From assembly GCF_009914755.1 (NCBI RefSeq), contig NC_060929.1: a stretch of 64,000 nucleotides of DNA, one strand, 5' to 3'. The stretch comes from the human T2T-CHM13v2.0 reference genome, Homo sapiens. Below, piece after piece: positions 14,299 through 32,212 of this stretch (position 1 is its first letter; the number at the start of each line of letters is the position of its first letter). Under the pieces are notes generated by a model. It did not search any database. It worked only from the letters and a program-made list of their open reading frames with translations, and was not told the origin of the DNA. The position numbers were made by a program, and so were the translations under genes.

Positions 14299-16117
14299 AC
14301 TAGGACAAAAGATTATCAAACAGGAGATATTTCTATTTGTATTTCTCCACTCCAATAATTCATCACTGCTTTAAGAGACAATATTTAAATTTAATGAACT
14401 CCATCTGTTTAGAAAGCCTTAAAACTATAACTTCTGATTAAGAAGTAAAGCATATTATTATATGGAAAATGTTATTGACAATGTTTGTGATTTTTGTATA
14501 TAGAATGACTCTATTTTCATATTTAACATTTCATTAGCCATGACTGATTCTCGGTTTATTTTGATAACAGAAGCCATGTAACAACTATGTAGAAAAACGT
14601 TCTTTCACAAGCAGGGAAAATGGTGACTCTCTTGAGTTAACATTATTAAAGCTTCATTAAAACTTAATTAAAAACCAGCAATTCTCTTAAAAAAAGATTC
14701 AGACAGAGCCTAAGGTTATTCTTAAGCAGGCAAATATATATATATTTAGATATATATTTATATATATACTTATATATAAAATTTAAAACTGAGGAGAAAT
14801 AAGTTGAAAAGGCAAAGTTGAGATATAAACTAGAGATTGGAAGTATATTGAAATCTGTAATTTTATTGGATGGGCTGAAATTTAGCTTTATGCTGTGCTG
14901 CTTGGGGGGAAGAAAGCAAACTTTCTTGTCTAAACAATTATAATAAGAAGTGGACAAATACAAAAACATTACAAAAATAAAAATACTCATAAATAATACA
15001 TTGAGTGATAATATTTAAATTATCATTGACAACAATCTTCTGAAGTATGCAGTAGTTACTTTCATTGCTAATAGCATCACACCAAATACCTTTCGGAGGA
15101 AAAACATGTCTTGGAGGCATGTAATGTTTCTGTACAAGAGCTGGTGTACAGTTCAGTCAGCCTCCGTAAGTGTGTCTCTGCTGATCTGACATTGATCAGC
15201 AGCACACTTAGTGTGTCTGCAAATGGGGAATAATTATAAGTCACTTAATCATTCCTTCCTGAAAAGATTTTTCCCCCACCACTGAACTTGCAGCAACAGT
15301 CACAGCTATTTATTTTCAATCTAGTTCAAAATAATCTTATTCCACTGTTTATTATATGATCTCCAGAATATATTTCATATACATATATATATATATGAAA
15401 TATGTCCTGGGTTTACTTACTAGAATTTGATTAATCAGCATTTACTTTAAAAATTGATCCCCAGAGCTTTTGTGCTGGTTGCACATATACTATAACTGGA
15501 AGACACTTATATGTAGAGAAGATTATAGAACTGAAGTTGGTGAGAGTAAGATGATATAGTTCTGTGAAAGATGAGTTGTTTAACAGTTGCATATGCCTGT
15601 GAGTTAATCCTTCCGCTACTCAAAAGAGCTCTCAGAATGTTGACTTTAATCTGCTTGAGCAAGCAAGCATTTAGCCATAAAAGCCACAAAGATTTCACTC
15701 CATATTTCAGAGCCTTGGTAATTTTATACTTAGTAAAAGGAAAAAAAAAGGTTAAGCTAATTTTCGATGTACATGCTCTTTATTCAACATAAACTTTCAA
15801 TATTACAGGTTGTCTAAATAATGTGCATACATATTCTTCAACATACATCATTAATGAAATCTAGAGTAAGCAAATACATTGATATAAGTTATCCGAGCTG
15901 TTCATTTTAAGCAGACAAAGGTGAGGAAACTCCTACCAAAAAAAAATAAATAAACCAAATACTAAAAGTGTGATTTTTTGTTATGATTATACATGACGCT
16001 AATTTTCAATAAACCATTTAATTTTAGATTTACAGAAAAGTTGTGAAGATGGTGCAGAAATGTCCCATATACCTTTCACCCAGCTTCTCCTGTTGTTAGT
16101 GCCTTACATGATGATGG

Positions 16118-17665
16118 TGTGTCCGGAATGGGTGGGTTCTTGGTCTCACTGACTTCAAGAATGAAGCCGCGGACCCTCGCGGTGAGTGTTACAGCTCTTA
16201 AAGTGGCGCGTCTGGAGTCTGTCCCTTCTGATGTTCAGATGTGTTTGGAGTTTCTTCCTTCTGGTGGGTTCGTGGTCTCACTGGCTCAGGGGTGAAGCTG
16301 CAGACCTTCACGGTGAGTGTTACAGCTCTTAAGGCAGCACGTCTGGAGTTGTTGGTTCCTCCCAGTGGGCTCGTGGGCTCGTTGGGCTCAGGAGTGAAGC
16401 TGCAGATCTTCACGGTGGGTGTTACAGCTCATAAAAGTAGCGTGGACCCAAAGAGTGAGCAGTAGCAAGATTTATTGCAAAGAGCGAAATAACAAAGCTT
16501 CCACACTGTGGAAGGGGACCCGAGGGGGTTGTCAAAGCTGGCTCCGGCAGCCTGCTTTTATTCTTTTATCTGGCCCCACCCACATCCTGCTGATTGGTAG
16601 AGCCCAGTGGCCTGTTTTGTTAGGGCACTGATTGGTGCGTTTACAATCCCTGAGCTAGATACAAAGGTTCTCCACGTCCCCATCAGATTAGTTAGATACA
16701 GAGTTTCCACACACAGGTTCTCCAAGGCCCCACCAGAGCAGTTAGATACAGAGTGTCGATTGGTGCACTCACAAACCTTGAGCTAAACACAGGTGCTGAT
16801 TGGTGTGTTTACAAACCTTGAGCTAGATACAGAGTGCCGACTGGTGTATTTACAATCCTTGAGCTAGACATAAAGGTTCTCCACGTCCTCACCAGAGCAG
16901 CTAGATACAGAGTGTCGATTGGTGCACTCACAAACCTTGAGCTAAACACAGGGTGCTGATTGGTGTATTTACAATCCCTGAGGTAGATATAAAGACTCTC
17001 CACGTCCCCACCAGACTCAGGAGCCCAGCTGGCTTCACCTAGTGGATCCTGCACCGGGGCTGCAGGTGGAGCTGCCTGCCAGTCCCGTGCTGTGCACTCG
17101 CATTCCTCAGCCTTTGGGTGGTCAATGGGACTGGGCGCCATGGAGCAGGGGGTGGTGCTCGTCGGGGAGGCTCGGGCTACACAGGAGCCCACGGAGGGGG
17201 TGAGAGGCTCAGGCATGGCGGGCTGCAGGTCCTGAGCCCTGCCCAGTGGGAAGGCAGCCAAGGCCCGGCGAGAAACTGAGGGCAGCGCCGGTGGGCCGGC
17301 ACTACTGGGGGACCCAGTACACCCTCTGCAGCCACTGGCCCGGCTGCTAAGTCCCCCATTGCCCGGGGCCAGCAGGGCTGGCTGGCTGTTCCGAGTGCGG
17401 GGCCCACCAAGCCCACGCCCACCCGGAACTCCAGCTGGCCCGCAAGTGCCGCACACAGCCCCTGTTCCCGCTCATGCCTCTCCCTCCACACCTCCCTGCA
17501 AGCTGAGGGAGTGGGCTCCGGCCTTGGCCAGCCCAGAAAGGGGCTCCCACAGTGCAGTGGGGGACTGAAGGGCTCCTCAAATGCCACCAAAGTGGGAGCC
17601 CAGGCAGGGGAGGTGCCGAGAGCAAGCGAGGGCTCTGAGGACTGCTAGCACGCTGTCACCTTTCA
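16118..17665 (-). mobile_element. Solo LTR12C (ERV9 LTR), full length
   Basis: Ends tgtgtccggaa... and ...gcacgctgtcacctttca; 4-bp TSD atgg (16114-16117, 17666-17669); tandem gctagatacagagtg/gattggtg repeats; GC-rich U3. Confidence 0.97.
16550..16990 (-). promoter_or_regulatory. ERV9 enhancer/promoter: tandem CCAAT (NF-Y) boxes and AATAAA TATA-like box
   Basis: Six attgg (reverse CCAAT) at about 16593, 16631, 16759, 16799, 16918 and 16959; gcttttattc at about 16553-16563. Confidence 0.7.
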
Positions 17666-19153
17666 ATGGTACACAACAAAGAAATCAACATTAATATGTT
17701 ACTATTAGTGGAAACCTATATGTTGTTTGGGTTTTACTGTTTTCCCCACAAACTGGATGTATTATTCAATAAAAGAATGGTTACAAACTTTAGTGGAGTA
17801 ATGAAAACCTTGTTAAAGCATAGGATAAATTACTATTTCTAAACACTTTATGAAGAAGATCATGTTGAGAATCAGATTGCACATTCATTGTTTTCTTTTA
17901 ATACCTATGGACATTTATTCAATGTAGATTTTATTATTTGGCTGTGAGGAGAGACTATGTTAGGTCCCAGTGAAAAAGGGGCCAGAGGATTACAAAAATC
18001 AGGGCAGTTGAACTTGCTACCTGGATTTGGGAAATACAAATCTCCGAGTAATTAACTGAACCTCTACAATGTAATTCTCCAGGTTCAATTATCAAGTAAT
18101 TTTATCCTAGGATCAGTGATCATTTCCAGAATAACTGTTCTAACCTCAGGACTTTATAGGAAATATGTTTTTCAACGTATGCTAAAAAATTATATGTTTG
18201 AAATGTCATGAGGCTTTAGGTCAAGTTAGATGTTTTACTAAATTTTTGATAAACCTGATACTACAAAAGTAGGCTCTGTAATTATTTATGTAAGATTTGT
18301 TGTAATTTTTATGGAAGTATTGCTGTTGTGTTATCTACAACTAACTGCATGCAAATACAGAACTAACCTCAGCTAAAATGGCTCAAAATGGAAGGTGGAA
18401 TTTTAAATAGTCCTGTGCCAACGACAGATAATCTAATATGTAGATTTTAAAAACCCTTCTTCTTACCTGTTTGGTGCACTTATAAGCAAAGACAGACTCA
18501 ACACCCACAGTCAAAACAAAGGAAGCGATTGCTCTTTATTCTGAATTTAGAATTATCATTCTAAAGTGGGTCGGAAGCCCTGAATGGTTATTGATAAAAT
18601 AAACATGGCTAAGAAGCAAATGGTTAGGTTAGACAATATATTAATATTAATAAATTTTAATATAATATAAAATTTTTTCATTAAGTGTGCAAGTTTATTG
18701 AAATGTAATAAAGAAGAATCTTTATTTTTGTCTTTATACTGACTCTTCAAAATTTTTTCAAGAGGAAATAATACTTTACTGCTTCCTAATGAAAAATGTG
18801 TACATTATCATGAAATTTCTTATTACTCTCAGGTAGTCATGTCTTGTGGTGGCATTAAGGTGCAACCCCACAGTATCAATTTGGTAATTGGATGTGTCCA
18901 ATCCCATAAATAAGACATCAATTTGCATTTAAAAATTGCTCCCCTCATTTCCCAAATAGGACATGGTTCAAAGGGATGTATCTGCTTTTAGGGAATGGAG
19001 TGTGGTAGGTTTCCTTCAAGCTCTGCAAGTTCTCCTCACACTAGAAATTGTTTTACTAAGAAACAAAGCAACTGAGAAGGGAGATAATATTCCAAGATGT
19101 GCACACTTTGACCAACCACCAAAAGAGAGTTGAATTACTCCCTAGAGCAGCCC

Positions 19154-19759
19154 TGTGATGGCTTTGTACTGTACTGCATCAATTTAGCTTAATCTCAAAT
19201 TAAATTTCCAAGAATATCCTATTCCATGTGGTTTTGGGATAGAGTTGGTCACAGGAGAATTTTTCTTGAAATTTGGATAACAAAGTAGAAACAGCATCCA
19301 TGATTATGCTCTGAATGTTTTAGTAAGCCAGACATTGTTGTAGCTTGCACATATTGTCCCTGATCTGCCAGCTTACTTTGCTGATGGGCCAGCAGCTGGA
19401 ATTGAAGTTCCTTTATAGTCCGTGACATCTCCTTCTTTAACAACTTTAAACCTTTGGCAAGATTTTTAGCTCTGTAGTGAAGGGATCCAGTTTATCGAGT
19501 AGGTCACCTGTACCAAAGAAATTAGAAGTCAGGAGACAAATAAAGGTTCAATTTGTCCTCACCGGTTGCAGTTTGTTTTTATACCTCTCCTTTCCAGGTT
19601 CAACATAAGATTGAAACATAACAATCTACATAAATTACTGAACTGCCTCTCACAAATGTGTAGTCTGTCACCTGTAATAAACCCTTTATATTCTACAATC
19701 ACAGGCGATTTTAGACTGTCTCTTGATTAGATGTCAGCTATGTCTCCAACACTAATGCA
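19154..19759 (+). mobile_element. ERVL LTR (MLT2-like)
   Basis: Starts tgtgatggctttgtac...aatttccaagaatatcc...gttggtcacaggagaatt; aataaaccc signal; ends actaatgca. Confidence 0.6.
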
Positions 19760-19915
19760 AAGTGTATCTTTCTATATTTCAGGAAATATATATATATATA
19801 TGTATGTGTATATATATATATATATATATTCCAAATTTCAGGAGGGCTGTAATGATTCTTCCTGATGATTTTCTTTGAAACCCCACTGACAAAATCTGAA
19901 AGGTTGGTGGTATAT

Positions 19916-20210
<295 letters not shown>

Positions 20211-21357
20211 AGTGGTATCTTGTTAGGGATGCTCAAACATTCTTGTAAATTTGAAGCCACTGAATTCTACTTTGAAATTTCTGATAAGTCACTTGGAGAA
20301 TGTTTTTTCTGATAACTCACTTGGAGAATTTTTTCTCATCTTGATGCCATTTTCAAACCTAATATTTCAGCATCTCTTAATGTAATAGAAAATTGGTCAA
20401 CATTTTGGATAAATTAACTCCATTAATCAATTCTGATCCTTCCATTAAGTAAAAACTGACATTTCAGTTTACACAGAACATAAGTGTTATTCTTGTTTGC
20501 TTCTCAGCCCATGTGACTAAATACCTATATTCTGTTGTAATTTGCTACACTGCTTTCATGAAATTGGTAAAGCATAGTGGAAGTATGTTTTCCTGAATCC
20601 TGAAGTAAGCCTACAGTAAAAATACAGAAAGCTGTGTTTTCTTTCTTGTCCAAGATTATTCAGGAACTAATATTGGAGTCAGGGTGGAAATGTCTCCCTC
20701 ACTGATGTTCAGTTTCACTTTTGTGTTACCATGGACTAGCTCCTTCATAGGATCACAAAGGGGTTCAATCAGGCTCTGATCAGAATTCAAAAACAGGGCC
20801 TAACCTTAAATTGTGGAGGAAAATTTGATCCAGCCTTGTAGCCTGTTATAACTAAATAGTTCTGACATCCAAACTGTTAAAACACATGTCTATTTACTTT
20901 GCATTAATTGCTCAAACAAAGCATGACTTATTCTTCCCACCTTTACCTCAAACTATAGGGTAAAATAGTTACCAAGTATGTCAAAATTTCTTTTTCCAAA
21001 ACAGAACACCTAGAACACAGTAGATATCCTACATCAGGCTGACTCTCTATGTTAGCATTGACTTGGGCCCCGGTCACTTACCTCAGAAACTACATGAATA
21101 AACAGAATCAAGGCTAATTATTTTTATACATTTTTGCTTCTCAGACAAATACTACACACCACCCAGACAGCTTATCTCTAAAATGGCTGTTTTCTTAAAA
21201 TGAGAGATGAAGAAAGATTAATAGTTTATCAACCCAGGCAGGAAATTGAGGAGACAGGTTATTAAACTTATATTAAAAGAAAACTATAAGCTAGTAACTT
21301 TGATTAAATTTGATGCAAAAATTCTAGCAGCTATTAAATCACTATTGCTATTATTAA

Positions 21358-21653
<296 letters not shown>

Positions 21654-22578
21654 AATTACTATTATTATTAATAAAATATGAACAAATCAAATTCAAAATT
21701 CAACAACATTTAAAAGAATTATGCAACCTAATCCAGTGGGATTTATTTCTGGAATACAGGGTTGGTTTAAAATATGCAAATAAGTAAATGAGATACATGA
21801 CATTAACAGAAAGAGAAAAATACATTATGATCTCAGATTCAAAAAACTTTGACAAATTTCAACAACATTTTCTGATTAAAAATTCTCAAAAAAATGGGCA
21901 TAGAAGGAAATTTCCTAAACATAATAAAGGCCGATTATGGGTTTCACTATGTTGGCCAGGCTGGTCTTGAACTCCTGACCTCATGATCCGGGTGTCTCGG
22001 CCTCCCAAAGTGATGGGATTACAGGTATGAGCCACCTAGCCTGGCAATTACTATTGTTATTAATAAAATACAAGCAAACCAAATTCAATAGCATTTAAAA
22101 GAATTATACAACCTAATCAAGTGGGATTTATTCCTGGAATACAGGGTTGGTTTTAAAATATGCAAAGAAACACATGGATACATGACACTAGCAAAAAGAG
22201 AAAAATACATTATCTTCTCAGATTCAGAGAAACATCGACAAATTTCAAGATTTTCTGATTAAAAACTCAACAAAATGGGCATAGAAGGAAATTTCCTAAA
22301 AAAAAAAAAAAAAAAAGGCCGATTATAGAAAGCTCACAGATAACAACTTAATCAATGGGGAAAAGCTATAGCTTTTCCTCTCAGATCCAGTAAAAAGCAA
22401 AAATGCCTACCCTTCATCACTTCTACCTAACATAGTACTGGAAGTACCAGCAAAAGCAATCAGACAATTAAAAAAATCAATGCCATCCAAATCAGAAAAG
22501 AAGCAAAATTATCCTTGTTGCAGATAATGTGAACTTATATGTAGAAACTACTAAGTCCCCATAAAAAATAGAGCTATT

Positions 22579-22833
<255 letters not shown>

Positions 22834-22989
22834 TTAAGCTGATAAATGAACTCAGCAGAGTAGCATGATCCAAAGTCAACATACGAAAATTAGTTGCATT
22901 TCTTTAAACCAATATTATCTATCTAAAAGGTAACTCAAGAAAACATTCCCATTTACAATAGCATAAAAAATAAACAGTACTTAGAATAT

Positions 22990-26569
<3,580 letters not shown>

Positions 26570-26736
26570 CTTAGGACTATGTTTAACCGAAGAGGTGAAA
26601 TACCTGCATACTGAAAGTAATACAAATTAGTGAAATTGACATTGTAAATAAATGGGAAGTTTCTAGTATTCACAGATAGGAAAAATTAATGTTATCAAAA
26701 TTTCCATAACACTCAAAGGAATTTACAAACTCAGTG

Positions 26737-27099
26737 TGATATGGCTTGGTTCTGTATCCCCACCCAAATCTCACCATGAATTGTAATCCCCATAATTCCC
26801 ACATGTCAAGGGTGGGACCAGATGGAGGAAATTGAATCATAAGAGTGGTTTCCCCATGTTGTTTTCATGATAATGAGTGACTCTCAAGGGATCTGATGGT
26901 TTTATAAGCATCTGGCATATCACCTGCTTGCACTCATTCCCTCTCCTGCCACCCTGTGAAGAGGTCCTTTCTGCCATGATTGTAAGTTTCCTGAGGCTTC
27001 CTCAGCCATATGGCACTGTGAGTTAATTAAACTTCTCTTCTTTATAACTTACCCAGTCTCAGGTATTTATTCATAGCAGTGTGAGAACAGACTAATACA
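26737..27099 (+). mobile_element. Solo THE1D-like MaLR LTR
   Basis: tgatatggcttgg...cccacccaaatctc...gagaacagactaataca; 5-bp TSD cagtg on both sides. Confidence 0.93.
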
Positions 27100-28272
27100 C
27101 AGTGCAATCTCTATCTAAATTCCAAGAGCATTTTTTAATAGAAATAAAAAAAAAATCTTAAAATTTGTATGGAACCACAAAATACCCTGAATACAAAAAG
27201 CAATCTTAAGAAAGAAAAACAATGTTGGAGGTAACATACTTCATGATATCAAACTGTATTACAAAGGTAGAGTTTTAAAAACAATATAGTACTGACATAA
27301 AAACAGACATGTAGACTGATGGAACAGAATGGAGAGCCACAGTCTCATATAATCCACTCATTTTCAACACGACTATTGAGAGGACACGATGGGGAAAGAA
27401 CAGTCTCTTCAATGAATGGTGCTGGGAAAACTGGATCCACGTGCAAAAGAACAAAATGAGGTTCTAACACCACACACAAGAACAGAGAATGGATTAAGAA
27501 ACTATACATAAAACCTGGAAACATTAATCTTCCAGAAGAAAATACAGAGGGAAATCTCCTTGATAAATATTAGTCCTGAAATTGATTTTCTGAATATCAC
27601 ACCAAAAGCTCAGGCAATAAATGCAAAAATAAACAAGTGGGAGTACATCAAACTTAAACACCTCTGCACAACAAAGGAAACAATGAACAAAGTGAAAGTC
27701 AGCCTACAGACTGAAATGAAATATGGGCAAACAATATATCTGATGTTTTAATAAATAAGAAACTAACACATATAAATAGCAAAAAAAAAAAAAACAACAA
27801 CAGGTAATAAATGAGCAAATTACCTAAATAGACTTTTTTTTCAAAGAACACATAATGGTGGCCAATATACGTGTCTTTTTTTTGACATCACTAATTATCA
27901 GAGAAATGCAAATCAAAACCACAATGTGATACTTATACTTGTTAGGATAGCTATTATCAAAAGAATAAGAGATGACAAGTGTTGGTGAGGGTGTGAAGAA
28001 AAGGGAGCCCCTGTACATACAAACTTTTGGGGGGAATGTAAATTGATATAACCAGTAAAGAAAACAGAATGGAAGTTACTGAAGAAATTAAAAATACAAA
28101 TACCATATAACCCAGCAATTCCATTTCTAAGTATATATCCAAAGGAAATGAAATCACTGTCAATGAGATACATGCACTCCCATATTTATTGTAACATTAT
28201 TCACAATAGCCAAGCTATGAATACAACCTAAGTGTCCATCAATGAATGGACAAATAAATTGAGGCACGCACG

Positions 28273-28273
28273 T

Positions 28274-28306
<33 letters not shown>
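28273..28306. repeat. (CA)n microsatellite within L1
   Basis: CA run. Confidence 0.93.
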
Positions 28307-28309
<3 letters not shown>

Positions 28310-29574
28310 CCTTAAAAAAGAAGGAGGAGATACTGACATTTGTGGAAACACGGATGAAGGTGGAGGACATAAACCAGACACAGAAAAGAAAATAGTGCAT
28401 GATCTCATTTATATGTGGAAGTTGAATACATAGAAACAGAGAGTAGAGCAGTGGTTACTAAGGGTGAGATGAGGAGGAAATGGAGAGAAGTAGGTCAAAG
28501 GTACAAAGTTGCAGTTATGTAGAATGAGTAAGTCTACAGAAATAATGTCATAATGAAGACTATACAGTAGTTAATACTGTGTACATGGGAAATTTGCTAA
28601 GAGAGTAAATTTTAGGTGCTCTTACTGCAAAAATAGGTAACTATGAAAGGTGATATACCACGTTTTTAGTTTCAGAATTGTACTAACTATCGCATGGTAA
28701 TTTCTTGTTGCTGTTTTTTTTTTTTCTATTGTCTGTTTCCTCGGCTTGATCATAAGTTTGAAGAGAAGAAGAAACGTGTATATTTTTCTCAACATTCTTT
28801 CTCTGTGCTTTGAATTCTGCCTCACAGGTGAAGAGCACACAATAAAACATCTGTGAAGTTAACACATGACTCCTTACCATTAGATTTCTGGTTTTACTTT
28901 ATGAATAGATTTTTCACGAAGTCATGAATACATTTAACATGGAATTCCAGTTTGTTTCACCTGAAAAAAAATTGCAAACGCTTTAATTTTGCCTTATACT
29001 TTTACTTGCCACCGAACCTTTGGGATTTGTGTGTATTTTTTGACCAAGGGACTTTTGGGATCATTTTCTGGATACAACTTTTTAAGGACTGAGTTATACC
29101 GGATTACTAACATGTGCCAGTTGTATTCTTATAAGAAAGAGAATGATAATGATTTATGTTAATTACAGAACACTACATAAAACATTCAGTGAGTCTTTTC
29201 CAGATCAGGGAATGCTTCCAAAGACTGTTCTATTTCATGTCAGAGGTAGTGGCATTTTGACTTAAGCAATCTTTTAGCATTGGCCATGCCTCAAAATCAA
29301 AAAAAGCAGTAATTTCTGTTACCCAAGGAGAAGATCTGAGGTTTGCAATTAGTGCATACAGACAGAACAAAATTACATAATATGTGGAATTGATTTGGAA
29401 AAATTCTTCTGGTAACCATCTGATCTCTAGAATTCATAATAAATGTTGAAGATTGGAGAGGGAGGTATTGAAATAAATAACACTCAGATCTCCTACCCAT
29501 CAAATTTTAGCTTACTAGGTAAGATAGGAAAATGGGATAAAGTAGCCTCTATGAATAGATTAAGAAAATAAGTT

Positions 29575-29890
29575 GGCCAGGTGTGGTGGATCATGCCTGT
29601 AATCTCATAAATTTGGGAGGCTGAAGCAGGAGCATCACTTGAAGTCAGGAGTTCCAGACAAGGCTGGGTATGTAACAAGGCCCCAGTCATATATCTGTAT
29701 AAATATATTATGTATATATAAAATTAGACAGATGTGGGGTGCATGCCTGTAGTCCCAACTACTCGGGAGGCTGAAGCAGGGAAATTGCTTGAACCCAGGA
29801 GTTCTAGGACGTAGTGAGCTATGATCATTCCACTGCACTATAGTCTGTGCAACAGACTAAGACGTTGTCTCTATTAAAAAAAGAAAAAAA
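29575..29890 (+). mobile_element. AluJ with a TA-rich linker
   Basis: J-type right arm gaacccaggagttctagg...gtagtgagctatgatc; strongly diverged. Confidence 0.92.
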
Positions 29891-30054
29891 GGTATTTGGT
29901 AATACCAAATTACTAAATTGAGGAAAATAACCTAACTAAAAGACCAAAGAAGGGTCTCTTCTCCAAACCTTAATTTCTTTGCCTTTAATTTTATGCTTGC
30001 TTAGCATTCTGTTCAAAAGGACTATCAAAGTCTGTCTCATCTACTCAGTCTTTC

Positions 30055-30250
30055 TTTTTCTTATCCAACACATTATGGTAATCCACTGTGTCCCAGGTAC
30101 CTAACAAGGTGATGGTAATAAAGTGATGAAATAAAAAAAAACACACACACACAAACACTTACTGTCTACCCCTAGAAGCTTACATTTTCCTGGGGGAGGT
30201 ATCATAAAGCAAATAAATAGAAAAGAACAAAGAATTACCATATTGAAGGT
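30055..30250 (-). mobile_element. L2 3' fragment
   Basis: atccaacacattatgg...cactgtgtcccaggtac...cctagaagcttacattttcctggggga. Confidence 0.6.
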
Positions 30251-32212
30251 AGTAACATAAGATCAATGAGGCCATAAGGTTGTGGGGCAGCATCAGTGCT
30301 CTGAATTTAAGTTCGGTAAGTAAGCTGGGTTTCAGATGTTTTTGTTTTTTAAATTTGCACTGATATTATTTTATAAAATATTTGAAAGGCATATTAGAAG
30401 AAACAATGTTTTCAATAAAAATTCACTTTCATACCAAAACATAATTTCTGAAAATGTTTATAATATATAGTAAGCTTTTTAAAATATATATTATCATCTT
30501 CTTTGAATTCAATAGATTCAAGTATAAGCAGAATATAATTTTTATACAATAATTCAATAGGTACCACAATTAGAAACTACTTGTGAAATTAGATACACTA
30601 ATCTACTGAGAGGAATTAATTTATCAGATCATAGAGGAATTCACTTTTTGCGTATAAAGAAACAAAAGACTGTTTCATTCTTACCTGAGTAGAGCCATCA
30701 GAATGTATTATAGTCAAATTATTAATCTCTTACATTTATAAATATTTATATGTTGAATAAACATTTTGACATATGAATTGGCAAATAATCAGAAAAAAAT
30801 TGTCTTTGGAAAAGATAAAACTTTTTTTTCTCCAACAGGGAAAATATGTATCCTAAAAAGTTTTGCAGCAAATCTGTCCATTTTCATTTTTTCACCTCAT
30901 TTTCATCTTATCAAGTCACAATTGTAAAACACAAATTTCAGTATTCATCTAAAAAGACTTGGCTAATATGTCAGACCTAAATATCTAAGAGTTCTGATTT
31001 ATTTTCCTTGTGCCGGCCAGCTTTCTCTTTTGAAAGCATTTGTGGGAATTATTTAAAAAGACAAAATTTCATATTTGTGTCATTTCAAATATCCATCAGT
31101 ATAAAATATTTAACTAGCATTCTGAAAAATATTAAAATGATGTAATTATTATTGTTTTATTTGATGAAGCAGAAAAATGAAGAAGATTAAGGAAACATTC
31201 TATAAATTAATTGAAACTATCATAAAGGAGAAACATGTATGCTTAATCAAACATTTTAAGTAGTTTGGACGCAGGTAACAGAGATGTTTAAGCAAAAGCT
31301 GAAGAAAAATATTCCATAAAAATTATAGAACATTCAATATATCTCTATTACCAATAAAATATTTTAATTTTTAAAATATATAATTATTCAAATAACACGA
31401 TATTTGGACATTCACTATTTATTAAATTCCAAACTACCATTTTAAAAAGCATACTCTGAGACTGAACTATTTATTTCTTTGGAAAATATGAAAATGTGAA
31501 AAGCAAGAACGTTCCAAAATGAGTTCCAAAGTATTTTAAACTGGTTTAGACAAAAAAAATTTAAAAAGCAATATTGTGATGTAAATATAGAAACACAGTT
31601 GACACACAAGTGAAATCAGATTTCACATTGTTTCATTCTCAATAACAGCACTGCCACTCACAATTTTCAGCACAGAATTATTCTCTGCCAAAACGTTTAT
31701 TTGCTTTTATGGACAGCCTAAATGTGATCATGTTCACATTACCCCAAAACAACTTCTGCTAAGAGAGATAGCTGAAATGTTTTCCTGGTCAGAGATGGAA
31801 TTTTTAGACCACTAGTAATAACAGATATCAGAGAAGCAAACCTCTAACTTCATGTTTTGTAGGTAAGATTAATTTTGAAAAATAGGCTGCTTTAACTTGT
31901 GTTATTCTTATATCAGACAAGTCAGTGTATAGCTCAATAGAATATGGCAAAGATATTTGCATTCATTTAAAAACAGTTATTTTGTATCTTCAAATAGCTT
32001 GTACAAAACCAAAAGTGCTTCAACACATCTAAATGAGGACATATAGAAAAATTTAGCAATCACTGAGAGCAATTGTTTCTTTTTATTTGTGTGTGTGTAC
32101 AAATGGAAGAAATGAGGTATTTTTGCATGGGAATCTATTTTCTATTAAAATTTACTAGATTTATTATATCACTGTTCCTGCAGTAGAATCATATCATTTT
32201 ATCTGAATCAGC

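Larger units (their letters stand above)
16015..17746 (-). mobile_element. L1MC-type 3' fragment split by LTR12C
   Basis: ttttagatttacagaaaagttg...cccatatacctttcacccagc...ccttacatgatgatgg continues as atggtaca...aagaaatcaacatt after the LTR. Confidence 0.7.

Noticed and set aside
15370-15403. AT-rich palindrome atatttcatata/tatatgaaatat
   Set aside because: Centred on a TA microsatellite; a common by-product
16809-17625. Longest ORFs (215 aa, 137 aa)
   Set aside because: They lie entirely in the GC-rich U3 of LTR12C, where open frames arise from base composition
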